This document shows positions 27,340 through 39,100 of a stretch of 64,000 nucleotides of DNA, piece by piece; position 1 is the first letter of the stretch, and each line of letters begins with the position of its first letter. The position numbers and the translations under genes were made by a program. Origin of the DNA: a virus (lineage: Duplodnaviria; Caudoviricetes); the IMG/VR virus record IMGVR_UViG_3300028591_000204, positions 2,176-66,175 of that record; one strand, given 5' to 3'. Below the pieces are notes generated by a model, which saw only the letters and a list, made by a program, of their open reading frames with translations, had not been told where the DNA came from and did no database searches.

Positions 27340-28851
27340 ATGTCACAACTTGGAAATATATATAATTCTTATGGACAGCAAATAAATATTGCTGTTGCAA
27401 ATACATATTCTTATAATGTTGCTTCTGGAGTTAATCTCTCTAGAAATACTGTAATTATATCTTCTAATGTTGATGAAGATGGTAATGATACAGGTACATA
27501 TTCATTATTTGTAACAGATAATAATGGTTCTCCAATAAGACTTACATATAATATTTCTCAAGGTAATGGACTTTATTATTCTCAAGATGGTGATTATCTT
27601 TCATTATATATTGATAATGATACAATTATATCAGATAATAATCAATTAAAATTTAATATAAATAATCATCTTGGTGAATCTTTTAGTTATGAAGGTAATA
27701 AAATTGAATTAAATGAATTAATAATACCTAATTCATCATTACAAGAATTTGGTATTTCAAGTATTGATGGAGAAACAATTAATTCTGATGATGATACAAT
27801 ATATGTTAATACACAAGCTTTAAAATATTCAAATAATTCAACATCAACTTATGGTATTGCTATTGGTGATGGTAAAACAATAATTACTCAAAATGGTAAA
27901 CTTTTAGTAAATATTGAATCATTTAATAAAGCAAGTTCTGATAATTTAGGTTTTATTAAAGGTGATAATTCTACAGTAGATATTAATGATGGTGTTATTT
28001 CAGTAATAACAAATAAATTAAATTTAGGAAATAGTGAACAATATGGTATTGGTAAACCAGATATGAATACTATTATCTTTAATTCAGATAGACAAATTAC
28101 TGTAAATGAAGATAATTTAAAGATAGCAACATCTTCAACTTATGGATTATCTAAAATTAATACTGATACAATATCTTTAAATAATGATAAAATCTCAATG
28201 AAAGATTATGATTTTATTAAAAAATCAATATCTGAATATAAAAATATTTATTATGAATATAAAAATGAGATTTCAAAAATTAAAGAATTATTAATATCTG
28301 GTAATACTTTAGTTAAAGATAAGGATATTCAATTATTTAGTATAAATGAAACTTCAGCAACAGAATTAAATAAACCACAAGATGATGAAGAAGTAATTAA
28401 GATGCCAATTCAATATGTATCTGTAATGTTCAATATAATTACTACTTGCGATTTTATAATGAATATACATTTTGAAGAAGGTACAAATGAATTTCCAAAT
28501 GTTGATATTGTAGAAGTCAATTATAATGATGAAAAAATATATACTAGAGAAGAAGCTCTAGATCCAAAAACAATTTATTCATCTACTGAAGGTGAACTTA
28601 AAAAATTTATTGTAAAACTTTCTGCTAAGAATTTTAGAAATTCAAAGAAAGGAAAATCATTGATTACATCAATTAATTTTATAATTTCTAATAGTGAAGA
28701 TCATAATAGACAGAAAAATGAAAAATATTCAATAATCAGATATAATTCACTTTATAAAGAAGAAAAACAAGAACAAGAAGTTAAAGATGATTCTTTATCT
28801 AATAGAAATTATATTTTAAAATCAGATGAAATATACTGGTCATTTATTTAA
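27340..28851 (+). CDS. Fibre-like paralog family member 1
   Basis: Shared N-terminal domain (MSQLGNIYNSYG...GTYSLFVTD..G.PIRLTY.I.QGNGL), ~30 aa ASxxxYGIxKxD repeats, coiled coil, C-terminal domain. Confidence 0.65.
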   Translation: MSQLGNIYNSYGQQINIAVANTYSYNVASGVNLSRNTVIISSNVDEDGNDTGTYSLFVTDNNGSPIRLTYNISQGNGLYYSQDGDYLSLYIDNDTIISDNNQLKFNINNHLGESFSYEGNKIELNELIIPNSSLQEFGISSIDGETINSDDDTIYVNTQALKYSNNSTSTYGIAIGDGKTIITQNGKLLVNIESFNKASSDNLGFIKGDNSTVDINDGVISVITNKLNLGNSEQYGIGKPDMNTIIFNSDRQITVNEDNLKIATSSTYGLSKINTDTISLNNDKISMKDYDFIKKSISEYKNIYYEYKNEISKIKELLISGNTLVKDKDIQLFSINETSATELNKPQDDEEVIKMPIQYVSVMFNIITTCDFIMNIHFEEGTNEFPNVDIVEVNYNDEKIYTREEALDPKTIYSSTEGELKKFIVKLSAKNFRNSKKGKSLITSINFIISNSEDHNRQKNEKYSIIRYNSLYKEEKQEQEVKDDSLSNRNYILKSDEIYWSFI

Positions 28852-28875
28852 GAAAATTATTAATTAATTTATTAT

Positions 28876-31800
28876 ATGTATACAGAAATAAAACCAAAAA
28901 TTACTCCAGCTGATAACTATGATGATGGTAATGGAGAAGGACAAATTATTATAATTGGTGGAGATGATACTGAAGAATATTATGTTACTATATCATTATA
29001 TGATGGTGCATCATCTAATAGCATAACATATAATAATCCTGGTATTATTAGTATTGGTATAACAGATGGTGATGAAACTCTTGATTATACTAGTGGAACT
29101 AGTGATTATGTATTTCTTCTTAGTAGTACTGGTAGAAAATATTGGTCAGTATTAACTGATAATGAATATTATATTAGTAGAAATGGTACTAAAAATATTA
29201 GTAGTACATCTACTTTTATTGTTGCATCTTTAATAAGAGTATATCATTATGTATTTACAATAAATGCTGGTAATATTACTCAATCAAATATTATATTAAC
29301 ATATCCAACTACAGGAGATACATTGACTTTTAATTCAAATCAAAATTCAATGATATCTTCTAGTTCTACATCTACTACAATTGATTTTTATACAGCATAT
29401 GATAAAGTAAGTATTGGAATAACTTTAGCAGGATATATTTCATATACAAGTCCAACAATTAATGGTATATTTACAATAAGTGGTGGAAATATTGATAATA
29501 CAGTATTTACAAATATTACTTTAACTAAAGTACAAAGACCACAATATCAATATATATTTTCTATAAAATATGATGATATAAATATTAATAGTTCTAATTA
29601 TGATATTGATGTAGAAGGAAATAACATAAATAATAATATTTTTATTTCTGAAGAAACTTCTATTGATGATTATTCTATATCATTCAAGAATAAAATATAT
29701 TATGATGATGAAATATCAGATACTGAAATAGAAATTCCAGATAAATATGTAATAAATATAAATAAATGTGTAGATTGTGGTGCATGTGAAACTTTATGCC
29801 CAGAAAATGCAATATTTATAAATAATAATGAACGATATGAAATTAATAATAATTGTTTAGGAATATCATGTGGAAAATGTTTATTAGGATGTTCAGAAGA
29901 AGCTATTGAATTAAATAATACAGTAAATATAAATATTGATATTTCTAATTTTGAAAATTCAAATAATATTAAATATTATATTCCAATTAATGTAGTAGAT
30001 AAAAGTACTGGTAATATTGTAAAAAGTATTTCTCCTACTTATCATAAAATTGGTGATGATATAACAATAGATGTTTCAAAAGATGATACTTATTATAAAA
30101 TTAATGGAACTTGTTCAGTTACTATTACTGAAGAAATGGTTAAAAATCTTCTTAGAAATGAAAGTTATATATATAATAAAGAAATTGATTTTAATGATTT
30201 TCAGATAGAATATAAAAATGTAAATATAAGTAATAAATTATATATAACAGATAAAAACAATAATACTTTAATATATAATACTCATTATATAATTAAAAGT
30301 GGTACTTCAGATAATGCTGTATTAGATCCAACAAGAATAAAATATAATACAACATTTTATATACAACCTAAAGATACTACATTATATAATAAATCAGGTA
30401 ATCAAAGAGTAATATCAGAAGATGGAGATATTATTGATTTTAATATTACATTAAAAGATGCAAAAAATAATTATCCAGCTGATAAATATTGTATGCCTTG
30501 GTATATAAATAATATTAAAGTTAAATATGAATTAAAAGATAAATTATCATCAAATACTAAAGAATTTGAAAGAATTGTAGATATATATCTTAGAGATAAT
30601 AAATCTTGTGTATCTAATAATTCAAAAATTATAATTAAACCTGGTGAGAATTTAGACGAGGCAAAAGATCCTGTAAAAGCATCTCAATTTTTCATACCTA
30701 TGCAAGAAAAAATTGATGGTAAAGTATATAAATTTGATATTCCTCTTTATAAAGAAGTATATCCTGCACATATGTTTATTAAACAAGATGATAGTCAACA
30801 AGTATTAACTTTACATAAATATATAAATACATATACTCAACTAAGATATAGAACAGGTAATGAATCTGAAACAAATAATGAAATTTTTGACAATATAAAT
30901 GGAGAATATTCTATTGATTTTCATTTTACAGAAAATAATTTAAATAATACAGAATCATATACTGATATTCAAAGTAAAATATTTAATTCTAATTATTCTA
31001 ATGGTATAAATACTATAATATTAAATTCATCACAAATTCCATATGATGAAAATAATAATTATGTATATACTGGAACAATGTTAATATATCCATATGTTGA
31101 AAATACTTCTGATGAAAAATATATATATAGAAGTTATCTTGGATGTAAATATGATATAAATATAAATAAAGAAAAGATTGATTTAAATTTTAATCAGTCA
31201 GAAGGATTTATAGCATATAATTTAACTAATAATGGAGAATATTCTTATACTTTTTATAATAATCAATATACATTTTATGAAAATGGTAATTCTTCTAAAA
31301 AGAATATTGAAGGTAATAGTTTAAATGAATATTATCCTAATTTAACAGTAGCATCTGATCTTAATCAAGGTAAAGTATTAAATATAAAAGATGATAGTAT
31401 TACTGTTAAATATTCTCTTGATAGAAATAAAGATAGTAAAACTATTACATTTACTTATACTAATACTAATGATTTTATAGGAATTTCTGGTACATTTAAT
31501 AAAAAAATAACAACATATTTATATCCTCAAATTATTCAAAATGATGGGGAATTTAGATATTCAACTACTAATGATAATAAATTCTCATATAATATTAATG
31601 TTTCTCCAAATTCATTTATATATAATGGTTTTGATAAAAATATGATATATAATAATGTATCAACATATTATATTATAAAGTATATATCTCAAAAATATAA
31701 TTATGATAATACATTAGTAGTATTAAATAATATAAATAATTATTTATTAGATCAAGATTTAACTTGGAAAATGAATATAACTAATTTAAATAGTAGTAAT

Positions 31801-34800
31801 TATAGATATAAAATATTTAGTATAAATGATAATTTTTCAGAAGAAAATAATTTAGAACAAGGTAGAGCTAATATAGATACTAATAATAAAGATTATATAT
31901 ATTATCAAGTACGTAATTATGTTAATGGACATAATTATAATTATACTATAAAAAGTAGAAACTTTAGTTATATAAAACAATTTATTCCAGAATCTGATTT
32001 AGTAAGTTATATTAAATTAGATTCTAGTGTATCTTTATACTTACCAAATAATAATATAAATATATATAATACAAATACTAATAATCAAATTTCAGATATT
32101 TATTATGTTAATAAATATTATGATAATAATACTATTTGTTATAAAGATTCAACAAAATCTATAAATAATATACATGAAATAGCAGATATTTCATATAATA
32201 TTTATATGATGACAAAAGAAAATAATAAATATTATATAAATAGTGATGATTTAGTTGGTGTTAATAATATTGAAATTATTGATAGAAATATTCAAAATAG
32301 TCCAGGATATGATAAATTACATACAGATCTTGGTAATAATTTTGATAATACTTGTTGTAATTTAACTATTAGTGGATTTGAAATAAATGGAAATGGTATT
32401 GATATTGAACAATTAATATATACTAAACAATATAATTTAAACACTGATTTACAAAATAAAAAATTTGAATGGGATAATCAATTTATTATAACTGATATAA
32501 CATCATTTAATAATGATGTAAATAATGCTGCTGGAACAAATACAAATATATCTCAATATATTATTGATAATATATTAAATGAAAATCAATATAATAATAT
32601 AATACAAAATGGAGTGTCTGGTGGTATAAATAATATTATATTTGATTATGTTCATACATATTATTCAACTATGGAATATCATAATAATAATTATCCATAT
32701 ACTTATAATTTAGGAGAAACATTTATTGGTACTTTAAGTGATTTCTTACATAATATTAATAAACATATAGATGAAATATCTGTATTAAATGATACTTATG
32801 ATGTATTAAATAATGTATCTGAATGTATTAATAGAAATTTAACAAATATTAATTATAAAACATTTGATACACACCCTTATCAAAACATAGAAGTTGATCC
32901 AATTATATTTAATAGATATAATACATTATTAAATTATAATGATGTTTCAACAAATTATTATTTATTTGATATAAGAGAATCATATAATACATGTTTTAAT
33001 ACTTCATTTAGTAATAATGAATTACCTTTAGTTAATATTGATACTAATTGTTATGTTGGTTATTTAACAAATAGTTATAGTGAAACTATATTTAATAATT
33101 CAAAAACTAATATAAATATAATAGAATCTAATTTATTTATATTTGAAAATTATACTAAAATGACTACTAATAATATAACAATAGGAGAAACACAAATGTT
33201 ACCAACAGGAACTAAAATTGGTTATATCTATAATGAAAATAATGTTAATAAATTTTATATATATGATAATAATCAAGAAATAAATACTGAAAGTAATAAT
33301 ATAATATCAAATATTAATAGTAATTTAGGATCTTATTATATGATTGAAATGACTAATATAAATATTACATATTTTGATAAAAATATTATTAGTAATAATA
33401 ATTTAATATATAATGGCACTGATACATATACATATTGGTATCTTACTAATAATGATAATAATGTATATAATTATAGTATTACAAAATCTATTAAAGATAA
33501 CTATGATATTAATTTTGGAATATATAATGAATATCATGTTATAAGTAATTCAGATGATGAAACTACATTAAATAATATATATGATAAAATTAATGAAAAT
33601 GATTCTTCTAAAGATCATAGTAATATAAATGAAAATATATCTAAATATATATATTATCATTTAGATACTATAAGAACTATATATAATGATACTAATTCTA
33701 AAATACTTAATTATAATATTGCTGTTAGTGCTAAAAATATAGAATATACTGATTATTTAACTAGTTTATATAATGAAATTAATTATAATCAAGTTTCAGA
33801 AGTAATGTTTAGTAATTATACTAATACAACATATTTTAGTAATGAAAATGAATTATATGATGCAATATCTAATAATTATCCAAATTTAAATAAAACTAAA
33901 AATTTAAAAATTATTACATATTGGAAAAATAATATTAATGATTATTATGAATTAGTTAATGGATATAGATTTTTATATAAAGCATATCAATACAAAATTA
34001 TGAAAGAAAATCAAGATAATTATCAAGAACAAGAACAGAAAAAATTAGAAAATGCTAAAGATTTATTTTATAATTATTGGTTGAATAAATTATATATAAA
34101 TAGAAAATCATTAGATGGAAATCAATTTAAATATACTGGGCATACTCCTAATATTAATATAGAGACTAATAGTATAAATACATTATTATCATCTAGTTAT
34201 AAATTAAAGTCTATAAGATGTGAAGATAGAATAATTTATTATTTTGATAATAATTTAGATTTATATAATGAATTAAGTAATGATCTTTGTATAAGATATT
34301 ATATATCTGCAGATACTGTTAATAATATTTCTACTAATTTTAATAATTCAAAAATTTTTAATGGAGTTATTAATGATACTAATTTTATAAATCCTAGTGT
34401 GCAAAATAAAATTGATTATATTTATTTTGGTTTATTTAATGGAAAATTATTTATAAAAAATATAAATGTATCAAATAATAGTATTAAATACATATATAAA
34501 ATTAATAGAATTTATCCTGATAATTTTATTAATTTAAATATAAATAAAGGAAATAAAGAAATAAATTTTGTATTTAAATTTAATGATACTGTTATTGATA
34601 CTAATAATAATATAGATACTCAATATAAACTTGAATTATTATATGTAATTAATTCAAAAAATAATTCATCAGAAGTTAGAAGTAGTTTATTAGAAGCTGG
34701 TCAATATAATGATATTTCTGATTCTTATCCAGCAGTAGATCAACATGTTTATATTATATCATATAGATTAAAATTAACTAATAAATATGATGAAAGTGAT

Positions 34801-35151
34801 TTTATTTATGGTAAAATTTATAATCAAATATTTTATTATAATGAATCCATTTATAGTTATAGTATTAAAGAGTATGAATCACCAATTAATAATTTAAGTA
34901 CTGAAAATGAAAATGATATTGTTGATGTTAAATTATTATTAGATTATTATAATAATACTAATCATACTTATTTCTGTTCATTTGCAAAGAATATAAATGA
35001 AAGTGGTATATCATTTAGTTATATAAGTAAATATAATAATGGGGATAAAAAAGAATTAAATAGCACATTTAAATTAGATAATTCTTATCCAACATATCAT
35101 TTCAAAAATAAAATTAATAATGATAATTATATAGATATTGAAATAGAATAA
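28876..35151 (+). CDS. Giant Asn/Tyr-rich putative virion protein with internal ferredoxin-like domain
   Basis: 2091 aa, within the fibre operon; CVDCGACETLCP and CLGISCGKCLLGC at about residues 298-339. Confidence 0.7.
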   Translation: MYTEIKPKITPADNYDDGNGEGQIIIIGGDDTEEYYVTISLYDGASSNSITYNNPGIISIGITDGDETLDYTSGTSDYVFLLSSTGRKYWSVLTDNEYYISRNGTKNISSTSTFIVASLIRVYHYVFTINAGNITQSNIILTYPTTGDTLTFNSNQNSMISSSSTSTTIDFYTAYDKVSIGITLAGYISYTSPTINGIFTISGGNIDNTVFTNITLTKVQRPQYQYIFSIKYDDININSSNYDIDVEGNNINNNIFISEETSIDDYSISFKNKIYYDDEISDTEIEIPDKYVININKCVDCGACETLCPENAIFINNNERYEINNNCLGISCGKCLLGCSEEAIELNNTVNINIDISNFENSNNIKYYIPINVVDKSTGNIVKSISPTYHKIGDDITIDVSKDDTYYKINGTCSVTITEEMVKNLLRNESYIYNKEIDFNDFQIEYKNVNISNKLYITDKNNNTLIYNTHYIIKSGTSDNAVLDPTRIKYNTTFYIQPKDTTLYNKSGNQRVISEDGDIIDFNITLKDAKNNYPADKYCMPWYINNIKVKYELKDKLSSNTKEFERIVDIYLRDNKSCVSNNSKIIIKPGENLDEAKDPVKASQFFIPMQEKIDGKVYKFDIPLYKEVYPAHMFIKQDDSQQVLTLHKYINTYTQLRYRTGNESETNNEIFDNINGEYSIDFHFTENNLNNTESYTDIQSKIFNSNYSNGINTIILNSSQIPYDENNNYVYTGTMLIYPYVENTSDEKYIYRSYLGCKYDININKEKIDLNFNQSEGFIAYNLTNNGEYSYTFYNNQYTFYENGNSSKKNIEGNSLNEYYPNLTVASDLNQGKVLNIKDDSITVKYSLDRNKDSKTITFTYTNTNDFIGISGTFNKKITTYLYPQIIQNDGEFRYSTTNDNKFSYNINVSPNSFIYNGFDKNMIYNNVSTYYIIKYISQKYNYDNTLVVLNNINNYLLDQDLTWKMNITNLNSSNYRYKIFSINDNFSEENNLEQGRANIDTNNKDYIYYQVRNYVNGHNYNYTIKSRNFSYIKQFIPESDLVSYIKLDSSVSLYLPNNNINIYNTNTNNQISDIYYVNKYYDNNTICYKDSTKSINNIHEIADISYNIYMMTKENNKYYINSDDLVGVNNIEIIDRNIQNSPGYDKLHTDLGNNFDNTCCNLTISGFEINGNGIDIEQLIYTKQYNLNTDLQNKKFEWDNQFIITDITSFNNDVNNAAGTNTNISQYIIDNILNENQYNNIIQNGVSGGINNIIFDYVHTYYSTMEYHNNNYPYTYNLGETFIGTLSDFLHNINKHIDEISVLNDTYDVLNNVSECINRNLTNINYKTFDTHPYQNIEVDPIIFNRYNTLLNYNDVSTNYYLFDIRESYNTCFNTSFSNNELPLVNIDTNCYVGYLTNSYSETIFNNSKTNINIIESNLFIFENYTKMTTNNITIGETQMLPTGTKIGYIYNENNVNKFYIYDNNQEINTESNNIISNINSNLGSYYMIEMTNINITYFDKNIISNNNLIYNGTDTYTYWYLTNNDNNVYNYSITKSIKDNYDINFGIYNEYHVISNSDDETTLNNIYDKINENDSSKDHSNINENISKYIYYHLDTIRTIYNDTNSKILNYNIAVSAKNIEYTDYLTSLYNEINYNQVSEVMFSNYTNTTYFSNENELYDAISNNYPNLNKTKNLKIITYWKNNINDYYELVNGYRFLYKAYQYKIMKENQDNYQEQEQKKLENAKDLFYNYWLNKLYINRKSLDGNQFKYTGHTPNINIETNSINTLLSSSYKLKSIRCEDRIIYYFDNNLDLYNELSNDLCIRYYISADTVNNISTNFNNSKIFNGVINDTNFINPSVQNKIDYIYFGLFNGKLFIKNINVSNNSIKYIYKINRIYPDNFINLNINKGNKEINFVFKFNDTVIDTNNNIDTQYKLELLYVINSKNNSSEVRSSLLEAGQYNDISDSYPAVDQHVYIISYRLKLTNKYDESDFIYGKIYNQIFYYNESIYSYSIKEYESPINNLSTENENDIVDVKLLLDYYNNTNHTYFCSFAKNINESGISFSYISKYNNGDKKELNSTFKLDNSYPTYHFKNKINNDNYIDIEIE

Positions 35152-36113
35152 TGAGTAAATTAGGTAATATATATTCATCATATGGACAGCAATTTAATAT
35201 TGCTATAGGTAATACATATTCATATAATGTTCTTTCAGGAGTTAATCTTCCTAAGAATATTATAATTATATCTTCACCAATAGATGAAGATAATAATGAT
35301 ATTGGTACATATTCTTTAATATGTACTGATTCATTAGGAAATCCTGTTAGATTAACTTATACAATACAACAAGGAAATGGATTATCTCTTGATAATGATG
35401 TTATTTATTTAAATATTGATAATGAAACAATCAAGAATTCTAATGGATTACATATTGATTTATCAAATATTTATAGTGATGTTATATTAACAAATGATAA
35501 TATATTACAAATAGATAATGATCAACTTTCTATTATTTCTCAATATTCAAGAGGAGTATCTAAAGGAGATAATAATACTATTAAGAATGATGATGGAATG
35601 TTATATGTAAATACTGAGAATTTACAATATGCTAATAATTCTACATCAACTTATGGTATAATAATTTCTAGTGATAATAATATATCAATAAATAATGGAG
35701 TATTATCATTAAATCAAGATAATCTTACAAAGGCTTCTAATGAAGAATATGGTATCTGTCATGGAGATGAAATTACTGTTTCAATAAATAATGGTATATT
35801 AGAAGTAAATACTCAAAATCTTGAAATAGCATCTGAATCAGAGTATGGAATAATTAATATTGATAATTCTAAAATATTATCAGATAATGGATTATTAAGT
35901 ATTAATACAGATAATCTTAATATAGCAGATAATAAAAATATTGGTATTATTGATATTGATAATTCATCTATTAAATTAAATGATAATAATCAAATAACTA
36001 TTCCAGATTATAAAAAATTTAATGATGATTTAGATGGTTTAATTAATGATATAAATAGTAATATTACTGATTTAGATAATTTAAAAGATGATCTTTTATC
36101 TAAATTAATTTAA
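35151..36113 (+). CDS. Fibre-like paralog family member 2 (no C-terminal domain)
   Basis: Same N-terminal domain and repeats; ends right after the coiled coil. Confidence 0.65.
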   Translation: MSKLGNIYSSYGQQFNIAIGNTYSYNVLSGVNLPKNIIIISSPIDEDNNDIGTYSLICTDSLGNPVRLTYTIQQGNGLSLDNDVIYLNIDNETIKNSNGLHIDLSNIYSDVILTNDNILQIDNDQLSIISQYSRGVSKGDNNTIKNDDGMLYVNTENLQYANNSTSTYGIIISSDNNISINNGVLSLNQDNLTKASNEEYGICHGDEITVSINNGILEVNTQNLEIASESEYGIINIDNSKILSDNGLLSINTDNLNIADNKNIGIIDIDNSSIKLNDNNQITIPDYKKFNDDLDGLINDINSNITDLDNLKDDLLSKLI

Positions 36114-36158
36114 CAATAAATCGTATTTTTATATATAGAAAGATAACAACATATACAT

Positions 36159-39100
36159 ATGAAGACACAATTAGGAAATACTACTAAATCTTTTGGTAAA
36201 GACTATAATATTTCTGTTTCTAACATTGGTGGAGATGGAGTATTAATGGCTTATTCATATCTTAGAGAAAATACTATAATAATTGATTCTAAAGTTGATT
36301 CTAATTTTGAAGACCTTGGAAGTTATAGTTTATTTGTTACTGATTCTAATGGTAATCCTGTTAGATTAACTTATACTATACAACCAGGTAATGGTCTTTA
36401 TGCAGATCCTGCTGATACAGATGTACTTAGAATGGTTATTGACCAATCATCTATCATGGCAAATGATGGTGATGAAATTTATGTTAATAAACATAATATT
36501 ATTGATAATAATACTTTAACAGTTAATAGTGTTGAAGATACTGAAGCTAAAAGAGGTAGAATTGCAGTTGTAACAGCAAATCTTGATAAAGCATCTAATA
36601 GTAGATGGGGTATTACTAAAGCAGATGAAGTTACAACATATATCAATCCTGAATATGAAATAGATGAAGAAACAGGAGAAAGAAAAATTGATCCTGAAAC
36701 TGGTGCATATGTATTAATTCCTACTGGTGTTATTTGTGTAAATACTCAAAATCTTGATACTGTTGATGATACATTAAATAGAGATGGTATAGTAAGACAT
36801 AGTTCAGAAATGTTTAGAACTATTGAAGCAAAAGATGGTAAATTAAATGTTCTTACATATAATCTTGATAAAGCTTCTTATACTGATTATGGTGTTATTA
36901 AAACAGATAATGTTACAATTCAAGCAGATGATAATGGTGTTGTAAGTGTTTTAACTGCTGGTCTTGATCATAGTAATAAATCAAATTATGGTATTTCTAA
37001 AGGTGATGAAGTAACAATTAATTCTGTTGATGGTATATTAACTGTAAATACAAGAAATTTAAGTTATGCTACTTATACTCAACCTGGTATAGTTATAGTT
37101 GATTCATATTCTATGACAGTAAATGATGGTAAGATTGAAGTTAATAGATATAATGAAATAGAATCTATACTTGATAGAAATAATCCAGAACATGATTTAT
37201 TCCGTTCAGATATTGAAGATTTAAAGAACCGTGTTTCTAAACTTGAAACAGCTGCTCTTCAGGAAGTAATTGAATTCTTAATCCCAGTTGGAGATCCAGA
37301 AACATCACTTCCTCAACCAATATTTGATAGAGAAACTTGGACAGTTAATCATTATAGTAATAGAAAAACTATATCATTTAGTATTAAGACTAATTGTAAA
37401 TTCAATGTTAATGTTGAATATAAGAATGGTACAAATGATTATTCACAAGTTGAATTAATTAATGTAAGATATGGTGATGAAGATACAATCCCATCTAATC
37501 AGTTAGCTAATACAATATTTAATGCAACAGGAAATACTATTAAGACTCTTTACTTTACATTTGCTGTAAAGAACTATGATAAAGATGATAATCTTGCAAG
37601 TATTAATACTCAAGCAATTATTTCTGCTGCTTCTATTAATGACTCTTCTATTAAACAGACTCAATTCCACATTTTTAAATGTTGGAATAATAAAGCATTT
37701 GAAGAAGATAAACCAGTACCACCAGAAATACCAGAAGAAATTATTATACCTGAATCTTATTTAGTAGCACATCCTGGTACTGAAAGATTACAGATTTATG
37801 GTAATTCATATAAAGATGCTACATTAGCATATAATAAGACAGCATCAAATAATGTATTCTTTAATACATATATTAATGCTACATATACTTATTGTGAATA
37901 TGATTCTACTAATAAAGAATATGTATGGAGTTATGAAGAACAAGAACTTAATCAATCTTCAATAATAAGTGATAATGGTAGTTATAATATTCAAATAAGA
38001 TATAATGAAATTAAAGATGGTGTAGTTAGCGAATCATATAGATCATTAGATTGGTTAACAACAAGCATTACAGCAACATATAATACAACAAGACAATTTA
38101 ATGTTTTAAATATTAATTCTACTAAACCACTTACAGAGTTCTCTAGATCAGCATATATTACTTGTTATTTATCAACTGTTGATATTGATAGTGTAACTCC
38201 ATCATTTAAACAGGAATTTAAAGAAGAAGTAATTGATAAACTTAATGTACAAGAATTAGATTTAAGTAGTATAAAAATTGATAGAAATGATATAATACCT
38301 CAACAAGATATAACTGGATTCTATAAAAAAGAACTTCAAGTAATTGAAAATCTTAATAATTTATTAGATGGTAAAATTACTAATGAAACTAGTGGTAAAG
38401 CTAGTGCTACTTTAAATGCTATAAAAGAAAAGGTTGCTTCAGGAATAACATTAAGTACTGTAAATACTAGAGCAGTATCAAATGTAACATCAGAAGAAGT
38501 TGACGCTAATCTTAAAGTATTAGAAATTACTCAACCTACAATTAAGAATGCTAAAAAGAATTTCACTAATTTAACAAATAGTGTAGTAGAAAAACCAGCA
38601 TTTACATCTGTTCTTGAAAATGATATTAAAGAATATTCAACTTTAAAGAAAGATTTTGATCTTTTCTGTGCTGATGCAAAGATTACAGAAGAACCTAAAA
38701 TATATAAACAAAATGATTATATAACATACTATTCATATGTTGAAAAATTGAATAAGTATGCTGGTAAGATCATGAATGAATATAATAATTTTGTTGATGT
38801 TTCTATTAAACATAAAGAAGAAATAATTACTGTACCTACAGCAAATGTATCATATATTACATTTAAATATACTGAAACAATGGACATTGTACAACCAATC
38901 ATTAATGTTTCAAGTAGTATTAATTCATCAGATAATGGTATTAAATTTACTGTTACTAGAAATGAAAACTCATTATTAAAGAATAAAGAAAATTATGCTG
39001 TTAAGATTTATTATCATTATATTAATAAGAGTGGTGAATTAGTTAATCCTGATGGTACAGTATTAAAAACAAGTACAAATCCAGAAGTTGCTGAATTAAA

